From Candidatus Poriferisodalis sp. (GTDB lineage Bacteria > Actinomycetota > Acidimicrobiia > Acidimicrobiales > Poriferisodalaceae), in assembly GCF_965215815.1 (NCBI RefSeq), contig NZ_CBDCEO010000012.1, positions 933,896 to 997,895 on the forward strand: 64,000 nucleotides of DNA, given 5' to 3'. The translations under genes were made by a program, and so were the position numbers. Positions 1 to 9,056 of the stretch are shown here, one piece after another (position 1 is the first letter of the stretch; each line of letters begins with the position of its first letter). The notes under the pieces are model-generated. The model saw only the letters and a list, made by a program, of their open reading frames with translations, made no database searches and had not been told where the DNA came from.

Positions 1-407
1 GCCGACCGATGCGAAGCCGCCTGGCGGGCACGCACCGTGAGAAACGCATTGAGCAGCAGCACACCCTGGCGCGCCCACCCCTCCAAATTGCCGTGCGACG
101 GCGGCTCGATGCCGAGGTCGTCGCGCAACTCGACGAAGATGTTCTGCAACGACGGCGGCTGCGGGATGCCATGCGGCACCGAGAAACACAGCCCGTGCGC
201 CTGGCGGGGGCCGTGATAGGGGTCCTGACCGAGGATCAGCACCTTGACCTCTGCGAACGGCGTCAAGTGCAGCGCCGCGAACACCTGGTCGTGGGGCGGA
301 AACACGGCGCCTTGAGCACGCTCGTCGGCCACGTATTGCTGCAGGATCGGCCAGTAGGGCTTTTCGAACTCGCCCCGCAGGATCGGGTTCCAGTCGGTGC
401 GTGTCAT
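1..407 (-). CDS. ung: uracil-DNA glycosylase family 1 (N-terminal ~135 codons; C-terminus lies beyond the window edge)
   Basis: I translated the minus strand from the ATG at 405-407: MTRTDWNPILRGEFEKPYWPILQQYV...KVLILGQDPYHGPRQAHGLCFSV...WARQGVLLLNAFLTVRA. It carries the GQDPYH and LLLN motifs of Ung. It is absent from the ORF track because it runs off the edge. The 9..563 + ORF is its antisense shadow. Confidence 0.9.
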   Translation of the reverse strand, partial: MTRTDWNPILRGEFEKPYWPILQQYVADERAQGAVFPPHDQVFAALHLTPFAEVKVLILGQDPYHGPRQAHGLCFSVPHGIPQPPSLQNIFVELRDDLGIEPPSHGNLEGWARQGVLLLNAFLTVRARQAASHRS

Positions 408-432
408 CGCCTGCCTGCAGCGATCCGCAGCC

Positions 433-1503
433 CTAGGAGATTGCCGCCGCCGCCGCAGCGGACAGCTCGATGCCGCGCCCGATGCGGGCCCGGTACAGGT
501 CCAAGTCGACGTCATCGGAGGGCTTCTGGCCGCGCATGTACCGGGCATAGACGCCGTGGATGATGCACGCCGATTTCCAATGGTTGAAGCTGACGTAGTA
601 CGCCAAGTCCGACAGGTCGGCTCCCGTGCGTTCCTCGTAACGCTCAATGATGTCGGCACGGCTGACGAACCCGTCCACCAGGGTCGGCGGATCCGAGCCC
701 TCCAGGATGTCGTCGCTCGGCTCGGTCCAGCCGTTCAGCGCGTATGCGAAGTCCGCCAGCGGGTCGCCGAGCGTCGAGATCTCCCAATCCAACACTGCCT
801 GCAATTCGCCGCCGGGGTTGAACAGGCAGTTGTGCAGGCCGTAGTCGCCATGCACGACGCGCGCCGGACCCTGCTCTGGTTTGCGTTCCAAGAGGAAGTC
901 GTGCAGTTCGTGGACGACGGGAGTGTCGTAGGTTGCCGCTTCCGCCGAAGCCGTCCACGACCGGTACCAGGTGCGAACCTGACGCCCGACGTAGTCCACC
1001 TTCTTGCCGAGATCGCCCAGGCCGACATCGTCGGGATCCACCGAGTGCAGCGCTGAAAGCACGTCCATGAACGACGTGCCGACATGTGCCCTGCCTTCGG
1101 CGCTCAGGTGCTCGCGGGCATCGGCAGATTCGAACAGGGGCCTGCCTTCGACATAACTCATCACGTAGAAGTGAGCACCGGTCACATCGGGACTTTCGCA
1201 GTAGCCGTATGCAATGGCGACCGGCACATCGGTGGATCCCAGGCCGCTGATGATCGTGAACTCACGCCCCATGTCGTGGGCCTTGGGCAGCAGCTCCCCC
1301 ATCGGCGGGCGGCGCACGACCGCAGTGGTGCCATCGGCGGCGGTTAGCTTGTAGGTGAGGTTGCTGTGGCCGCCCTCGAGCTGAGTCCACGTGAACGGCG
1401 GCTCAAGCCCGTCGACGTTGGCGTCGATCCATGCCTCCACCGCGGGCACGTCGTACCCAACGACCTTGCTCACCGCCGTGCCGCCTGTCGCCCCGTCGGT
1501 CAT
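433..1503 (-). CDS. phosphotransferase family protein (aminoglycoside/choline kinase-like fold, ACAD10/11-type)
   Basis: ORF 433..1758 was trimmed to the internal ATG at 1503 (MTDGATGG...). It has the motifs GGHSNLTY, VVHGDYGLHNCLF and VLDWEISTLGDP (Brenner/APH catalytic loop). The upstream 85 codons are R-rich and look non-coding. Confidence 0.8.
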   Translation of the reverse strand: MTDGATGGTAVSKVVGYDVPAVEAWIDANVDGLEPPFTWTQLEGGHSNLTYKLTAADGTTAVVRRPPMGELLPKAHDMGREFTIISGLGSTDVPVAIAYGYCESPDVTGAHFYVMSYVEGRPLFESADAREHLSAEGRAHVGTSFMDVLSALHSVDPDDVGLGDLGKKVDYVGRQVRTWYRSWTASAEAATYDTPVVHELHDFLLERKPEQGPARVVHGDYGLHNCLFNPGGELQAVLDWEISTLGDPLADFAYALNGWTEPSDDILEGSDPPTLVDGFVSRADIIERYEERTGADLSDLAYYVSFNHWKSACIIHGVYARYMRGQKPSDDVDLDLYRARIGRGIELSAAAAAAIS

Positions 1504-1677
1504 CTCGCCTCCCCTTGTACCCGGCGAGCGCCCGCCGATGTGCAGGCTGGCGCAGTTCGCACACACTATGGCAACCGGCGGCGCCCGCTGCGGGCTGTGC
1601 ACACCCGCGCCGAGGGCTGCACCGGCACCGCGAATCCGCGACGAATCGCTGCGGCGACGACCGGTAGCGTCGGCGCC

Positions 1678-3150
1678 ATGGACTCGACCGTGCCAGATCT
1701 GCCTGCAGAGCTGACGTCGCCTCCTCCGCACATGACACCGGACGAATTCCGGCGCCACGGCCGGGAAGTCATCGACTGGATTGCCGACTACTGGGAGCGC
1801 ATCGAGTCATTGCCGGTGGCGTCGACCGTCGCGCCGGGCGACATCCGAGCGATGCTGCCCGACGCCGCCCCCGAAGAGGCCGAGCCGTTCGAGAACCTGC
1901 TCGCCGATCTGGACCGCGTGGTGCTTCCGGGCGTCACGCACTGGCAGCATCCGGGCTGGTTCGCCTATTTCCCGGCGAACAATTCCCCGCCATCGGTGCT
2001 GGCCGACACGGTGTCGGCAGGGCTCGGGCTGATCGGCCTGCTGTGGTCGGCCTCGCCGGCGATGACCGAGATCGAGAGCCACGTGCTCGACTGGCTGGTG
2101 GATCTGCTGAACCTTCCGGGCCACTGGAAGACCACGTCGACCGGAGGCGGCGTGCTGCAGGGCAGTGCGTCCGACGCGACTCATGTCGCCCTGGTCGCGG
2201 CCCGCCACCGTGCGAGCGCCCGCAGCGGTCTGCCCGCCACCCAGATGGTGGCCTTCACCTCGGCACAGGCACACAGCTCGGTGGAGAAGGGCGCCAACAT
2301 TGCGGGCTTCGGCGTGGTGCGCCTCATCGAGACCGACGAACGGCGGGCAATGCGACCCGACGCTTTGCGAGCTGCGATTGAGGCCGACGCAGCCGCAGGT
2401 CTCGTGCCGGCGTTCGTCGGCTCGACCGTTGGCACTACCGGCACCACCGCTGTCGACCCGGTGCGGGCCATTTCCGCCATCGCCATCGAGCACGAGCTGT
2501 GGCATCACGTTGACGCTGCGTATGCGGGCACGGCCATGATCTGCCCCGAATTCCGTCACCACCAGGACGGCATCGAGCTGGTCGACAGCTACGTGTTCAA
2601 CCCTCACAAGTGGATGATGGTCAACTTCGACTGCTCGGCGTTCTACGTGGCGGAGCGGGAGGCGCTCACTGAGGCGCTGTCGATTGACCCGCCGTACCTG
2701 CGCAACGCCCAGAGCGATGCCGGCAACGTGATCGATTACCGCAACTGGCAGGTGCCGCTGGGTCGCCGCTTCCGAGCGCTCAAGTTGTGGTGGGTTCTGC
2801 GCAGCTACGGTGCCGCAGCATTGCGACAGATGGTGCGCCACCACGTCGCCATGGCCCAGGAATTGGCGCAACGACTCGACGACGACCCTCGCTTCGAGAT
2901 CGTGGCGCCGCACCCGTTCTCGCTGGTGTGCTTCCGCTGCAGTCCCGCCGACGAGTCCGAGACTTCACAGGAAGTCGCGGACCGCGCCACCGACGCGGTT
3001 GGCGCGGCGGTGAACGACAGCGGCGTCGCCTACCTGACCCCCTCCAAGCTGGACGGCCACAGCATCATCCGTGTGGCGATCGGTCAGTCCCGCACCGATC
3101 GGTCGCACCTGGACCTGCTCTGGAAGACGATCAGCGAGGCCGCCGTCTAG
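1678..3150 (+). CDS. PLP-dependent aromatic-L-amino-acid/tyrosine decarboxylase (group II decarboxylase)
   Basis: ORF 1366..3150 was trimmed to the ATG at 1678 (an alternative ATG lies at 1732). It has THWQHPGWFAYFPANNSPPS, and NPHKWMMVNFDCSAFYV containing the PLP-lysine motif typical of DDC-family enzymes. Confidence 0.85.
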   Translation: MDSTVPDLPAELTSPPPHMTPDEFRRHGREVIDWIADYWERIESLPVASTVAPGDIRAMLPDAAPEEAEPFENLLADLDRVVLPGVTHWQHPGWFAYFPANNSPPSVLADTVSAGLGLIGLLWSASPAMTEIESHVLDWLVDLLNLPGHWKTTSTGGGVLQGSASDATHVALVAARHRASARSGLPATQMVAFTSAQAHSSVEKGANIAGFGVVRLIETDERRAMRPDALRAAIEADAAAGLVPAFVGSTVGTTGTTAVDPVRAISAIAIEHELWHHVDAAYAGTAMICPEFRHHQDGIELVDSYVFNPHKWMMVNFDCSAFYVAEREALTEALSIDPPYLRNAQSDAGNVIDYRNWQVPLGRRFRALKLWWVLRSYGAAALRQMVRHHVAMAQELAQRLDDDPRFEIVAPHPFSLVCFRCSPADESETSQEVADRATDAVGAAVNDSGVAYLTPSKLDGHSIIRVAIGQSRTDRSHLDLLWKTISEAAV

Positions 3151-4238
3151 CTGGCAGGTTCGAACGTGCCCAAGGCGGCCAGCACCCGGTTGTTCTGTTG
3201 CGGAGTGCCCAGGCTGATCCGCACGCCTTCGCCTTCGAACGGGCGGGTCACCAGGCCTTGCTTCTCCAGCCGGACGAACAGGTCCATGGCTCCAGCTCCG
3301 ACCGGCAGGTAGACGAAGTTGGCTTGGCTCGGCACGACGGGCCATCCCTGCTCGCCCATCGCAGCGCTGACGCGTTCACGCTCCGCCAAGATCCCTGCGA
3401 CTCGTTCGGCCAGCTCCGCTGCGGCCTGCGGCTCCAGCGATGCCAGCGCCGCGTCCTGAGCGATCCCGCTCACGATGAACGGCAGCGCCACTTTGTCGAG
3501 CGCGCCGATGACACCCGGGTGGCCGACGCCATAGCCGACACGCAGGTTGGCAAGGCCGTATGCCTTGGAGAACGTGCGCAGCACCAACGCATTCGGGTGC
3601 TCGGGCACGATGGCCTCAATGGGATCGGCCACCGCAGGATCGGTGACGAACTCCCGGTATGCCTCATCAACCACCACGATGATGTCGTCGGGCACGGCTG
3701 CGAGCAGGCGTCGCAGTTCCGCAGTCGAACAGACCGTGCCGGTCGGGTTGTTGGGGGTCGAGAGGATCACGATCTTGGTGGCGTCGGTGACCGCTGCGGC
3801 GACGGCGTCGAGGTCGAAGGCATGGTCGACGAGCGGAACCGTCACAGCCCGAGCCGCCGACACTGCGCAGAACACCGGATGGACCTCGAACGAGCGCCAC
3901 GGATACACCACCTCGTCGCCGGGATCGACGTACGAGGCAAACAGCTGCTGGAGCACGCCCACCGAACCCGAGCCGACGGTGACCTGATCGAGCCCGACGC
4001 GGTGCCTGTCGGCCAGCGCTTCCCGTACCTCCATGCAGCGATGGTCGGGATAGCGGTTCATGCCCAGCGCAGCCTCGGCGACCGCTTTGGCCACCGAGGG
4101 AAGCGGGTCGTTGGCGTTCTCGTTGGAAGCCAGCTTGACGGCTTCGGTCAGGTCATGCTCGGCCTCGGCCTGCGCGGCCGAGCGACCCGGCTTGTATTCC
4201 GGCAGCCCCTCTACAGCCGTCCTCGGTCGTCCGATCAT
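3147..4238 (-). CDS. histidinol-phosphate/aromatic aminotransferase (class II aminotransferase)
   Basis: It has LASNENANDPLP, STPNNPTG and RTFSKAYGLANLRVGY (the SKxxGLAGLRxGY PLP-lysine motif of HisC/Pat). The start at 4238 (MIGRPRT) is preceded by AGGAG. Its stop overlaps the decarboxylase stop in the palindrome CTAG (3147-3150). Confidence 0.8.
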   Translation of the reverse strand: MIGRPRTAVEGLPEYKPGRSAAQAEAEHDLTEAVKLASNENANDPLPSVAKAVAEAALGMNRYPDHRCMEVREALADRHRVGLDQVTVGSGSVGVLQQLFASYVDPGDEVVYPWRSFEVHPVFCAVSAARAVTVPLVDHAFDLDAVAAAVTDATKIVILSTPNNPTGTVCSTAELRRLLAAVPDDIIVVVDEAYREFVTDPAVADPIEAIVPEHPNALVLRTFSKAYGLANLRVGYGVGHPGVIGALDKVALPFIVSGIAQDAALASLEPQAAAELAERVAGILAERERVSAAMGEQGWPVVPSQANFVYLPVGAGAMDLFVRLEKQGLVTRPFEGEGVRISLGTPQQNNRVLAALGTFEPAS

Positions 4239-4313
4239 GCGCTGGCGCTCCTGGTTCTCGGCGCGGCCCCGGCACGCCGCACTGCCCGGCGGCAAGTTAC
4301 CGGGCGGAACTGT

Positions 4314-5201
4314 TTACAAGCGGCGGTTCGCCTGGTCCCCCGGCTTGGCGGCCGCCCGAAACTCGTCAGCAACAGCGGCCATGGTGGCGAACGTCACGCT
4401 GGGCTGGGACGCCATGTGGTCGATGAGCCGTTCGAGCATCAGCATGCGGCTGCCCCGTCCTATGCACTGGGGATGCATCGTAAGCACGAACACCCCGCTG
4501 CCGACCCGGTCACAGAGGTAATCGAACTCAGCCGACCACACGTCATAGACGTGATCGGGGGTGCGCAGCCCTTGCACCGTGGGACCGTCGTAGCTGAAGT
4601 ACGGCCAGTCGTCGAGGATCCAGTCGAACGGCAGCTGAACGAGGTCCACCTCACCGCCGAATTGGTGCGGACCGACGGTGGTAGGCACGTCGCCCAGCCG
4701 GCACCACGTGGGCGCGTAGTCGTTGCGGGCCATGGAGGAGTCGTAGGAGAAGCCGTGCTCGATGAGCAGGCCGATCCAGCGGTCCCCACAGTTACCGCCC
4801 GGCACTCGGTGCCCGACCGGCGTACTGCCCGAGAGCCGTTCGAGGCAGTCCATGGAGCGCGTCAGGATGGCCCGCTCGTCGGCTTCATCCCGCTTCGATG
4901 AGGGAGCCTCGTGGCAGTAGCCGTGATAGCCCACCTCGTGCCCGTCCGAAACCACCCGGGCGCACACGTCGCCGAAGGTGTCGATGGTGTGGCCGGGGAT
5001 GAACCACGTGGAGGGAAGGCTGCGCTCATCGAGCAGGTCGAGCAGCCGGTGCGCGCCGATCGTGGAGAATTCCCCGCGGGCGGTCAGGTTCGGCGATCTT
5101 GAACCTCGTGGCCCCGTCCAGATTGAGATCGCATCAAAGTCGAAGCTCAGGCAGACCGTTACACGGGAATCTGGGGCATCGGGTGGTCGTTCGGGGCTCA
5201 T
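4314..5201 (-). CDS. polysaccharide deacetylase family protein (NodB-homology/CE4-like)
   Basis: This is a 295-aa ORF with FDFDAIS...WFIPGHT...GHEVGYHGYCHE, the layout typical of NodB-type metal-dependent deacetylases. It is co-directional with and upstream of the aminotransferase. Confidence 0.75.
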   Translation of the reverse strand: MSPERPPDAPDSRVTVCLSFDFDAISIWTGPRGSRSPNLTARGEFSTIGAHRLLDLLDERSLPSTWFIPGHTIDTFGDVCARVVSDGHEVGYHGYCHEAPSSKRDEADERAILTRSMDCLERLSGSTPVGHRVPGGNCGDRWIGLLIEHGFSYDSSMARNDYAPTWCRLGDVPTTVGPHQFGGEVDLVQLPFDWILDDWPYFSYDGPTVQGLRTPDHVYDVWSAEFDYLCDRVGSGVFVLTMHPQCIGRGSRMLMLERLIDHMASQPSVTFATMAAVADEFRAAAKPGDQANRRL

Positions 5202-5307
5202 CTGCGGACCCTACTGAACCTCCATCAGCGCCTGCCACGTCCGCATGCGTCGCATCCTCCGCCGGCGGGCCCCATGTGGCCAAGCTGCCGGGCGATACCG
5301 TGACCCG

Positions 5308-7695
5308 ATGCCAGAACGGACTGAATCTGGTCCCACTGAGGGGCCACCGCTCGCCGGCATGAAGGTGCTGGAGGTGGCCACCGGCATCGCCGGGCCGTTC
5401 GCTGGACGGTTGCTTGCGGGCGCCGGCGCGACGGTGCTCAAGGTCGAGCCGCCGGACGGCGACCCTGCCCGGCACCAGCCAGTCGACGATGTCCCGCTGC
5501 AGAACGGCGAACTGAGCCCCCTGTTCGTTCACCTCAACGCGGCGAAGCTGAATTGCGCGGCGGACGACCTCGACCCGTCGTGGCCCGACGTGGTGATTGC
5601 GAGTGACACCCTGGCGGGGCTCGCCGGCTCTCCGTGGGACCCGCAGCGACTGACGGCCCGCGCCGCTGCGGGCGACCCGGCACCCAAGCTTGTGACGGTC
5701 ACCGCCTGGGGTGCAGACGCAGACGACCCGGGCGTCATTGCCGACGAGCTGTTGGTGCAGACCGCAACCGGCTTCCTGGGCTTCAACGGCGACGAGGGTG
5801 CCGAACCGCTGCGCCTCCCCGGCTGGCAGGCCCAGTACACCGCTGGCGGACTCGCCGCTTGGGCTGCGCATCTCATCTTGCGGCGGCCAGAGACCCACAT
5901 GGACGTGTCGTGGCTGGGAGCGCTGCTGACAGCGGTCGAGCTCTGCTATTGCGATGCGCTGCACTGTGATCGGCCGCGGCCGCTGGTGGGGCCGCACCCG
6001 CCCACGGCGTACCCCTCGGGCGCGATCCGCTGTGCCGACGGTTACGTGTGCCCTGGATCGATCCGGCGTGACGACTGGGAAATGCAATGCCTGCACCTCG
6101 GTGTCCCCGAGTGGATCGACGATCCTGAGCTGAGCCACCGGCATCGCCGGGTCCGCCACATCGACAAGATCCGCGAGGTCATCGAGCCGTGGTACCAGTC
6201 GCGCACCAAGCGGGAACTCTTCCAGTTCGCACTCGAGACGCCATGGGCCGTCGGCATGGTGATGACCCCGCTCGACGCGCTCAACGACGAGCACCTCGTT
6301 GCTCGCGGCTTCCTCGGCAACATCGAGACACCGGCCGGCTCTGCGGTTGGACCTATCCGACCGTTCACCGCCGTTGGCGTGCCGGTGCCGAATCAGCGAG
6401 TCAGCGACCGAGGCACCGACTCGCTTCCGGCTCTGACGAACGGCTCCCGCAATGACGCGGCTCCTGCGCTATGTCCAGCTCACCAGCTACGCGTCATCGA
6501 GATGACGATCGCTTGGGCGGGCCCCTATGTCGGCAACCTGCTCACGCCGCTCGGCATCGACGTCATCAAGATCGAAGCGCAGAACCCCTTCGACGGCTTT
6601 CGCACACAGCGCCCCTATGACCACGGCATGGCACCGGGACTCGAACACCTCGTGGAGGACAATCGCTTCTACGAGGCGGGCGGCCACTTCAACGCCGTCA
6701 ACAAGGGCAAGCGCGACTGCGTGGTGACGCTGTCCACGCCCGAGGGCCGGGAAGCGTTCATGGAGCTGGTGCGCAACTGCGATGCACTCGTCGCCAACTT
6801 CTCGGCCCACGTGCTGCCCCAACTGGGGCTCGAATTCGAGACGCTGGCCGAGGTCAACCCCCGCATCGTGCTCGTACGCATGCCTGCGTTCGGCATCGAC
6901 GGTCCGTACGCGGACGCGGTCGGCTATGGCTCGATCATCGAGGCGATGGGCGGGCTCGGGCACCGGCAGGGCTACGAGCACGAAGGCGCCCGCATCTCCA
7001 ACATTTACTTCCCGGACCCCATCGCCGGCATCGCCGCGGGCTTCGCCCTGCTGAGCGGCCTGCACCACGCAGAGCACACCGGCCAAGGCATCGAGATCGA
7101 CGTCTCCCAGCAAGAAGGCACCTGGCAACACAGCGGCGAGGCAATAGTGCTGGCTTCGGCGGCCGGGCGCGACATCGGCCGCATGGGCAACCGCGAACCC
7201 GGCACGGCATGGAGCGGCTTCATAGAAGGAACCGGCGGCTGGCTAGCAGCAATCGCCGACACATCGGATGGATCTCCGACTCCGAAGTTCGATGCCGCCA
7301 ATGTCATCCGCGGCCTGCTCGACGAGATCGAAGCGAACAGCGGCGCACCGACTCGTACCCGAGAAGACCTCCAGGCAATCCTGCACGCCGCGGGCGCCCG
7401 CACCGAGCCCTGCCGGGACCCCTGGACGGCCCCAGGCCATAGCCCCCTAGTGGACCACATTGAAATCGTCGAGCATCCAGTAACCGGCCAAAGACGCCAC
7501 ATCGCCTCCCCCTTCACGCTCGACGGCAAGCGCCCCACCCCGACCGGCCCCGCTCCCCTGTTCGACCAGCACACCGACGAGGTAATGGCCGAAGTAGCTG
7601 GCCTGAGCACAGACCAGATCGCAAACCTCCGGGCTGAAGGCCACATAGGCGGCGAACTACCCCCACCAGCAGAACTCGGCTTCGTCTACGACTGA
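5308..7695 (+). CDS. tandem-fused family III CoA-transferase (two CaiB/BaiF-like modules in one chain)
   Basis: The N-terminal module has PLAGMKVLEVATGIAGPFAGRLLAGAGATVLKVEPPDGDPAR. The second module starts near aa 400 with LRVIEMTIAWAGPYVGNLLTPLGIDVIKIEAQNPFDGFR. The start was chosen at the ATG at 5308 so that the conserved PLxG-hVhE motif is retained. Confidence 0.8.
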   Translation: MPERTESGPTEGPPLAGMKVLEVATGIAGPFAGRLLAGAGATVLKVEPPDGDPARHQPVDDVPLQNGELSPLFVHLNAAKLNCAADDLDPSWPDVVIASDTLAGLAGSPWDPQRLTARAAAGDPAPKLVTVTAWGADADDPGVIADELLVQTATGFLGFNGDEGAEPLRLPGWQAQYTAGGLAAWAAHLILRRPETHMDVSWLGALLTAVELCYCDALHCDRPRPLVGPHPPTAYPSGAIRCADGYVCPGSIRRDDWEMQCLHLGVPEWIDDPELSHRHRRVRHIDKIREVIEPWYQSRTKRELFQFALETPWAVGMVMTPLDALNDEHLVARGFLGNIETPAGSAVGPIRPFTAVGVPVPNQRVSDRGTDSLPALTNGSRNDAAPALCPAHQLRVIEMTIAWAGPYVGNLLTPLGIDVIKIEAQNPFDGFRTQRPYDHGMAPGLEHLVEDNRFYEAGGHFNAVNKGKRDCVVTLSTPEGREAFMELVRNCDALVANFSAHVLPQLGLEFETLAEVNPRIVLVRMPAFGIDGPYADAVGYGSIIEAMGGLGHRQGYEHEGARISNIYFPDPIAGIAAGFALLSGLHHAEHTGQGIEIDVSQQEGTWQHSGEAIVLASAAGRDIGRMGNREPGTAWSGFIEGTGGWLAAIADTSDGSPTPKFDAANVIRGLLDEIEANSGAPTRTREDLQAILHAAGARTEPCRDPWTAPGHSPLVDHIEIVEHPVTGQRRHIASPFTLDGKRPTPTGPAPLFDQHTDEVMAEVAGLSTDQIANLRAEGHIGGELPPPAELGFVYD

Positions 7696-7888
7696 CCAAC
7701 TACGTCGAACGCGCAGAAGAACGAGGGGTGTGCGTGGGCAGGGGTGGCCGCGCGCAGTTATGCAGCGCCCCTGCGACCCCGCGAGAGTGCAAATCGCGCT
7801 GCATCTGTTTGAAGCACGGACGCCCCTGCCCTCGCACACCCCGGGCAACAACCTGAGCGATACAACACCAGACGGCTACCGTCACGCC

Positions 7889-9019
7889 ATGCGCATCGAA
7901 CCGTTCCAGATCGCCGTGCCGGAAGAGCAACTCGACGACCTTCACGACCGCCTGGTCCGCACCCGCTGGCCCGAGCCCGAGCCCGTCGACGACTGGTCCC
8001 AAGGCATCCCGCTCGCCTACGTCCAGGAAGTGTGCGACTACTGGGCCAACACCTATGACTGGCGGGCACGCGAAGCCGCACTGAACCGCTTCGACCAGTA
8101 CATGGCTGACGTCGGCGGCATGGACGTGCACTTCATACACGTCCGCTCGCCCGAGCCCGATGCGATGCCGATCGTGATCACCCATGGCTGGCCGGGCTCA
8201 GTGGTCGAGTTCCACAAGGTCATCGAGCCCCTGGCCGACCCCGTCGCCCACGGCGCAAACGCAGCCGACGCATTCGATGTGATCTGCCCGTCGCTGCCGG
8301 GGTACGGCTTCAGCGGCAAACCGTCCGAGCCGGGCTGGGGCGTCGAGAAAATCGCCGATTGCTGGGCCGAGCTCATGGCCGGCTTGGGCTACGACCGATT
8401 CGGTGCCCAGGGCGGTGATTGGGGCTCAGCCGTCACGAGTGCGCTCGGCAGTCGCCATGGGAATACCTGCATCGGCATCCACCTGAACATGGTGATGCGC
8501 GGCAGCCGCCCGAAGGATCGTGAGCCCAACGATGAGGAGCTGTCAGCCCTCGCAGCGGCGAAGCACTACAACGACTGGGATTCGGGATATTCCAAGCAGC
8601 AGTCCACCCGTCCTCAGACCCTGGGCTACGGGCTCACGGATTCTCCCGCTGGACAGGCCGCATGGATTCTGGAGAAGTTCTGGGCGTGGACGGACTGCGA
8701 CGGCCATCCCGAAAATGCGCTCGGCCGCGACGAGATGCTCGACAACATCATGCTGTACTGGCTCAACGCCAATGCGGCCTCGTCGGGACGTCTGTACTGG
8801 GAGAGCTTTCGACAGATGCCCCGCATGACGGTGGACGTTCCCACCGGCGTGGCCAAGTTCCCCAAGGAGATCATCCCTCCGGTGCGTGCCTGGTCCGAGC
8901 CGATCTATTCCGACATCCGGCACTGGACCGAGATGCCGGCCGGCGGCCATTTCGCGGCATTCGAGCAGCCTGAGCTCTTCGTCGACGACGTGCGGGCCTT
9001 CTTCAGCTTGCTGCGATGA
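7889..9019 (+). CDS. epoxide hydrolase (microsomal-type, with N-terminal EHN domain; alpha/beta fold)
   Basis: MRIEPFQIAVPEEQLDDLHDRLVRTRWPE..., followed by VHFIHVRSPEPDAMPIVITHGWPGS and GGDWGS (nucleophile Asp motif). The start is the ATG at 7889 inside ORF 7730..9019. Confidence 0.85.
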   Translation: MRIEPFQIAVPEEQLDDLHDRLVRTRWPEPEPVDDWSQGIPLAYVQEVCDYWANTYDWRAREAALNRFDQYMADVGGMDVHFIHVRSPEPDAMPIVITHGWPGSVVEFHKVIEPLADPVAHGANAADAFDVICPSLPGYGFSGKPSEPGWGVEKIADCWAELMAGLGYDRFGAQGGDWGSAVTSALGSRHGNTCIGIHLNMVMRGSRPKDREPNDEELSALAAAKHYNDWDSGYSKQQSTRPQTLGYGLTDSPAGQAAWILEKFWAWTDCDGHPENALGRDEMLDNIMLYWLNANAASSGRLYWESFRQMPRMTVDVPTGVAKFPKEIIPPVRAWSEPIYSDIRHWTEMPAGGHFAAFEQPELFVDDVRAFFSLLR

Positions 9020-9056
9020 GCCAAGGCGTACCCATGGCGCCCAGAAGGCGTTTCCG

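Noticed and set aside
9-563. A 184-aa + strand ORF at the window start.
   Set aside because: It is the antisense shadow of the ung gene (minus strand, 1-407) and of the 3' end of the phosphotransferase gene. The minus-strand translation has unmistakable Ung motifs.
433-1758. N-terminal extensions of track ORFs. Examples: 433..1758, 1366..3150, 8886..10730, 38428..39471, 54111..55613 and 61993..63531.
   Set aside because: The extensions are R/P-rich, overlap neighbouring genes or divergent promoters, and precede internal starts that align with the conserved N-termini of the respective families. The coordinates were trimmed accordingly.
3157-3165. A tRNA T-arm-like ggttcgaac sequence.
   Set aside because: It lies inside the aminotransferase coding region, and no cloverleaf can be drawn around it. 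I saw no tRNA or rRNA genes in the window.
2787-4901. Very long ORFs antisense to or out of frame with recognisable genes. Examples: 2787..4901 + (704 aa), 5134..6294 -, 33414..35135 + (573 aa), 39559..41067 -, 41073..42404 -, 15760..16590 - and 18916..19974 -.
   Set aside because: Their translations are Arg/Gly/Pro/Ala/His-rich and low in complexity, with no recognisable motifs. They overlap genes that do have clear family signatures. Such shadow ORFs are expected in high-GC DNA.
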